64,000 bases of DNA from positions 120,466,001-120,530,000 of the forward strand of contig NC_091477.1 in NCBI RefSeq assembly GCF_036971445.1. Reading direction: 5' to 3'. The notes under the pieces were generated by a model, which saw only the letters and a list, made by a program, of their open reading frames with translations, made no database searches and was not told the DNA's origin. Position 1 is the stretch's first letter; every line of letters starts with the position of its first letter. Shown here piece by piece: positions 60,596-64,000 of this stretch. The translations under genes were made by a program, and so were the position numbers. Origin of the DNA: Narcine bancroftii. Lineage: Eukaryota.

Positions 60596-62790
60596 TCGTG
60601 GAGAGGTCTGTGTGTGTGTACATGCGCGTGGAGAGGTCTGTGTGTGTGTACATGCGCGTGGAGAGGTCTGTGTGTGTGTACATGCGCGTGGAGAGGTCTG
60701 TGTGTGTGTACATGTGCGTGGAGAGGTCTGTGTGTGTGTACATGTGCGTGGAGAGGTCTGTGTGTGTGTACATGTGCGTGGAGAGGTCTGTGTGTGTGTA
60801 CATGTGCGTGGAGAGGTCTGTGTGTGTGTACATGTGCGTGGAGAGGTCTGTGTGTGTACATGTGCGTGGAGAGGTCTGTGTGTGTGTACATGTGCGTGGA
60901 GAGGTCTGTGTGTGTGTACATGCGCGTGGAGAGGTCTGTGTGTGTGTACATGCGCGTGGAGAGGTCTGTGTGTGTGTACATGCGCGTGGAGAGGTCTGTG
61001 TGTGTGTACATGCGCGTGGAGAGGTCTGTGTGTGTGTACATGCGCGTGGAGAGGTCTGTGTGTGTGTACATGTGCGTGGAGAGGTCTGTGTGTGTGTACA
61101 TGTGCGTGGAGAGGTCTGTGTGTGTGTACATGTGCGTGGAGAGGTCTGTGTGTGTGTACATGTGCGTGGAGAGGTCTGTGTGTGTGTACANNNNNNNNNN
61201 NNNNNNNNNNNNNNNNNNNNNNNNNNNNNNNNNNNNNNNNNNNNNNNNNNNNNNNNNNNNNNNNNNNNNNNNNNNNNNNNNNNNNNNNNNNNNNNNNNNN
61301 NNNNNNNNNNNNNNNNNNNNNNNNNNNNNNNNNNNNNNNNNNNNNNNNNNNNNNNNNNNNNNNNNNNNNNNNNNNNNNNNNNNNNNNNNNNNNNNNNNNN
61401 NNNNNNNNNNNNNNNNNNNNNNNNNNNNNNNNNNNNNNNNNNNNNNNNNNNNTGTACATGTGTGTGGAGAGGTCTGTGTGTGTGTACATGTGCGTGGAGA
61501 GGTCTGTGTGTGTGTGTACATGTGCGTGGAGAGGTCTGTGTGTGTGTGTACATGTGCGTGGAGAGGTCTGTGTGTGTACATGTGCGTGGAAAGGTCTGTG
61601 TGTGTGTACATGCGTGTGGAGAGGTCTGTGTGTGTGTACATGCGCGTGGAGAGGTCTGTGTGTGTACATGCGCGTGGAGAGGTCTGTGTGTGTGTACATG
61701 CGCGTGGAAAGGTCTGTGTGTGTGTACATGCGCGTGGAGAGGTCTGTGTGTGTGTACATGCGCGTGGAGAGATCTGTGTGTGTGTACATGCGCGTGGAGA
61801 GGTCTGTGTGTGTGTACATGCGCGAGGAGAGGTCTGTGTGTGTACATGCGTGAGGAGAGGTCTGTGTGTGTGTACATGTGCGTGGAGAGGTCTGTGTGTG
61901 TGTACATGTGCGTGGAGAGGTCTGTGTGTGTGTACATGTGCGTGGAGAGGTCTGTGTGTGTGTACATGTGCGTGGAGTGGTCTGTGTGTGTGTACATGTG
62001 CGTGGAGAGGTCTGTGTGTGTGTACANNNNNNNNNNNNNNNNNNNNNNNNNNNNNNNNNNNNNNNNNNNNNNNNNNNNNNNNNNNNNNNNNNNNNNNNNN
62101 NNNNNNNNNNNNNNNNNNNNNNNNNNNNNNNNNNNNNNNNNNNNNNNNNNNNNNNNNNNNNNNNNNNNNNNNNNNNNNNNNNNNNNNNNNNNNNNNNNNN
62201 NNNNNNNNNNNNNNNNNNNNNNNNNNNNNNNNNNNNNNNNNNNNNNNNNNNNNNNNNNNNNNNNNNNNNNNNNNNNNNNNNNNNNNNNNNNNNNNNNNNN
62301 NNNNNNNNNNNNNNNNNNNNNNNNNNNNNNNNNNNNNNNNNNNNNNNNNNNNNNNNNNNNNNNNNNNNNNNNNNNNNNTGTGTACATGTGCGTGGAGAGG
62401 TCTGTGTGTGTACATGTGCGTGGAGAGGTCTGTGTGTGTGTACATGTGCGTGGAGAGGTCTGTGTGTGTGTGTACATGTGCGTGGAAAGGTCTGTGTGTG
62501 TACATGTGCGTGGAAAGGTCTGTGTGTGTGTACATGCGCGTGGAGAGGTCTGTGTGTGTGTACATGCGCGTGGAGAGGTCTGTGTGTGTGTACATGCGCG
62601 TGGAGAGGTCTGTGTGTGTGTACATGCGCGTGGAGAGGTCTGTGTGTGTGTACATGCGCGTGGAGAGGTCTGTGTGTGTGTACATGCGCGAGGAGAGGTC
62701 TGTGTGTGTGTACATGCGCGTGGAAAGGTCTCTGTGTGTGTACATGCATGTGGAATGTCTGTGTGTGTGTATAAGCATGTGGAAAGGTCT
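60596..62790. repeat. ~30-bp minisatellite (gtggagaggtctgtgtgtgtgtacatg[c/t]gc)n, with an N-gap before it and two within it
   Basis: Seen directly; units of 28-32 bp vary in (GT) count. Confidence 0.97.
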
Positions 62791-62909
62791 CTGTGTGTAT
62801 ATATGTGTGTGTGTGTTTGTGCACACACACATGGGGGTGAATGTTCCTGTCTGTGTACTCCCCCACCCCCTCCCCTTCGAGCCCTGACCCCACTCTCTCC
62901 TGAATGTAG

Positions 62910-63021
62910 GTCGGGAACTACCTGCGAATGTTTCGTGGCTCCCTCTACAAGAAGTACCCCTCTCTGTGGCGGAGACTGGCGACGGTGGAGGAGAGGAAGA
63001 GGATCGTGTCATCATCGCATG
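62910..63021 (+). CDS. SMARCB1: SWI/SNF subunit SMARCB1 (SNF5/INI1) exon 2
   Basis: [37 protein letters not shown]; TAG| acceptor and |GTAGGT donor; 112 bp. Confidence 0.95.
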
Positions 63022-63418
63022 GTAGGTCTATCATGGGGGGTGGGGGGGGGGTGGGGGGGGGTGGGGGGGGTCCCCAACATCCCTTGCACCTGAACACTTG
63101 ACAAACCCCACTCACATCTCTCTCATACACTCTCACAAACTTCTCACTTGCACATCTCTCACACAAACCTCTCACACATTCACACCTCACACTCACACCC
63201 CTCACACAACTACACACACAAACCTCTCACACAACTGCACACACAAACCTCTCACACAACCACACACACAAACCTCTCACACACACAAGCCTGACGCGCA
63301 CACACACACCTCTCTCTCACACACATGCACCTCTTAAACACACACAAGTCACACACATGCATCTCTCTCACACATGCACCAACTAATTTCGATGTAATGG
63401 GTGTTGCTTCTACCCCAG

Positions 63419-63548
63419 ACCATGGATACACAACCCTCGCCACGAACGTCACCCTCCTGAAGGCTTCTGAGGTTGAAGAGATCCTCGAGGGCAATGATGA
63501 TAAATACAAGGCCATCTCCATCACCACAGAACCTCCAACATATATACG
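63419..63548 (+). CDS. SMARCB1: SWI/SNF subunit SMARCB1 exon 3 (gene continues past the window)
   Basis: [44 protein letters not shown]; 130 bp, in frame with exon 2. Confidence 0.95.
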
Positions 63549-64000
63549 GTGGGTACACAGTTTCTCTGTCTCTGTCTCTGTAATCCCCTTCTGGTCCCCA
63601 ACACCCTCCCTGTCTCTTTAACTCACTCCGATCCCCTACACCCCTCTCTGTCTCTAACACTCTGCAGTTCCCTAAACCACTCTGTGCTTCTGTTATCCCC
63701 TACAGATCCCAGCACCCCTCCCTGTCTCCATAACACCTCTGTGGTCCCCTACACCCCTCGCTGTCTCCATAGCCCCCCCCACCTCATTTTTGTCCCCAAC
63801 ACCCTCCCTTTCTCTGTAACCGTCCCCTGGTCCCTGATATCCCTTCCTCTCACTCTAACCCTCCCTTTGGTCCCCCAACACCCTCCCTGTTTCTCTAACC
63901 CCCTGTGGTCCCCTCCAATCCTCCCTCTCTCTGTAACCCCCTCTCATGCTCTGCACCTTTCCCTGTCTCTGTGAACCCCTCTAGTCCTCCACAACTTTCC

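Noticed and set aside
60596-62790. CRISPR-like regular 30-bp repeats
   Set aside because: No unique spacers, no cas genes, vertebrate context; a plain tandem repeat
60041-63093. Very long ORFs (587-950 aa) in several frames
   Set aside because: Translations of a stop-free 30-bp minisatellite plus N-gaps

Overview
Vertebrate genomic DNA, most likely a cartilaginous fish (inferred from the CR1, Rex1/Babar, Penelope and V-SINE repeat content and the V2R-type receptors); four N-gaps are present. 1-23 kb is repeat-rich and has no recognisable host exons. 23.6-53.8 kb is a + strand tandem cluster of class C GPCR V2R/OlfC (CaSR-like) chemoreceptor genes: one intact 6-exon gene (35557-45380, 858 aa) and three pseudogenes or fragments. 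55.9-59.9 kb holds five - strand exons of a transcobalamin/intrinsic-factor family gene; they encode only the alpha domain, and I found no beta-domain exons. 62.9-63.5 kb holds exons 2-3 of SMARCB1 on the + strand, head-to-head with the cobalamin-binder gene across a gapped 30-bp minisatellite. A very young RTE-clade LINE occurs as about 10 5'-truncated copies. Best leads: (i) two RTE insertions into the 3' tail of another RTE copy in antisense, one with a 29-bp target duplication; (ii) a perfect 164-bp inverted copy of a V2R pseudogene's 3' end inside its own intron 4; (iii) a ~600-bp gene-conversion tract between the intact V2R and a pseudogene; (iv) a TGA that clips a PDZ-type C-terminus off the intact receptor; (v) the alpha-only transcobalamin. 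I see no convincing evidence of a wholly new biological system, and all identities were judged by eye.
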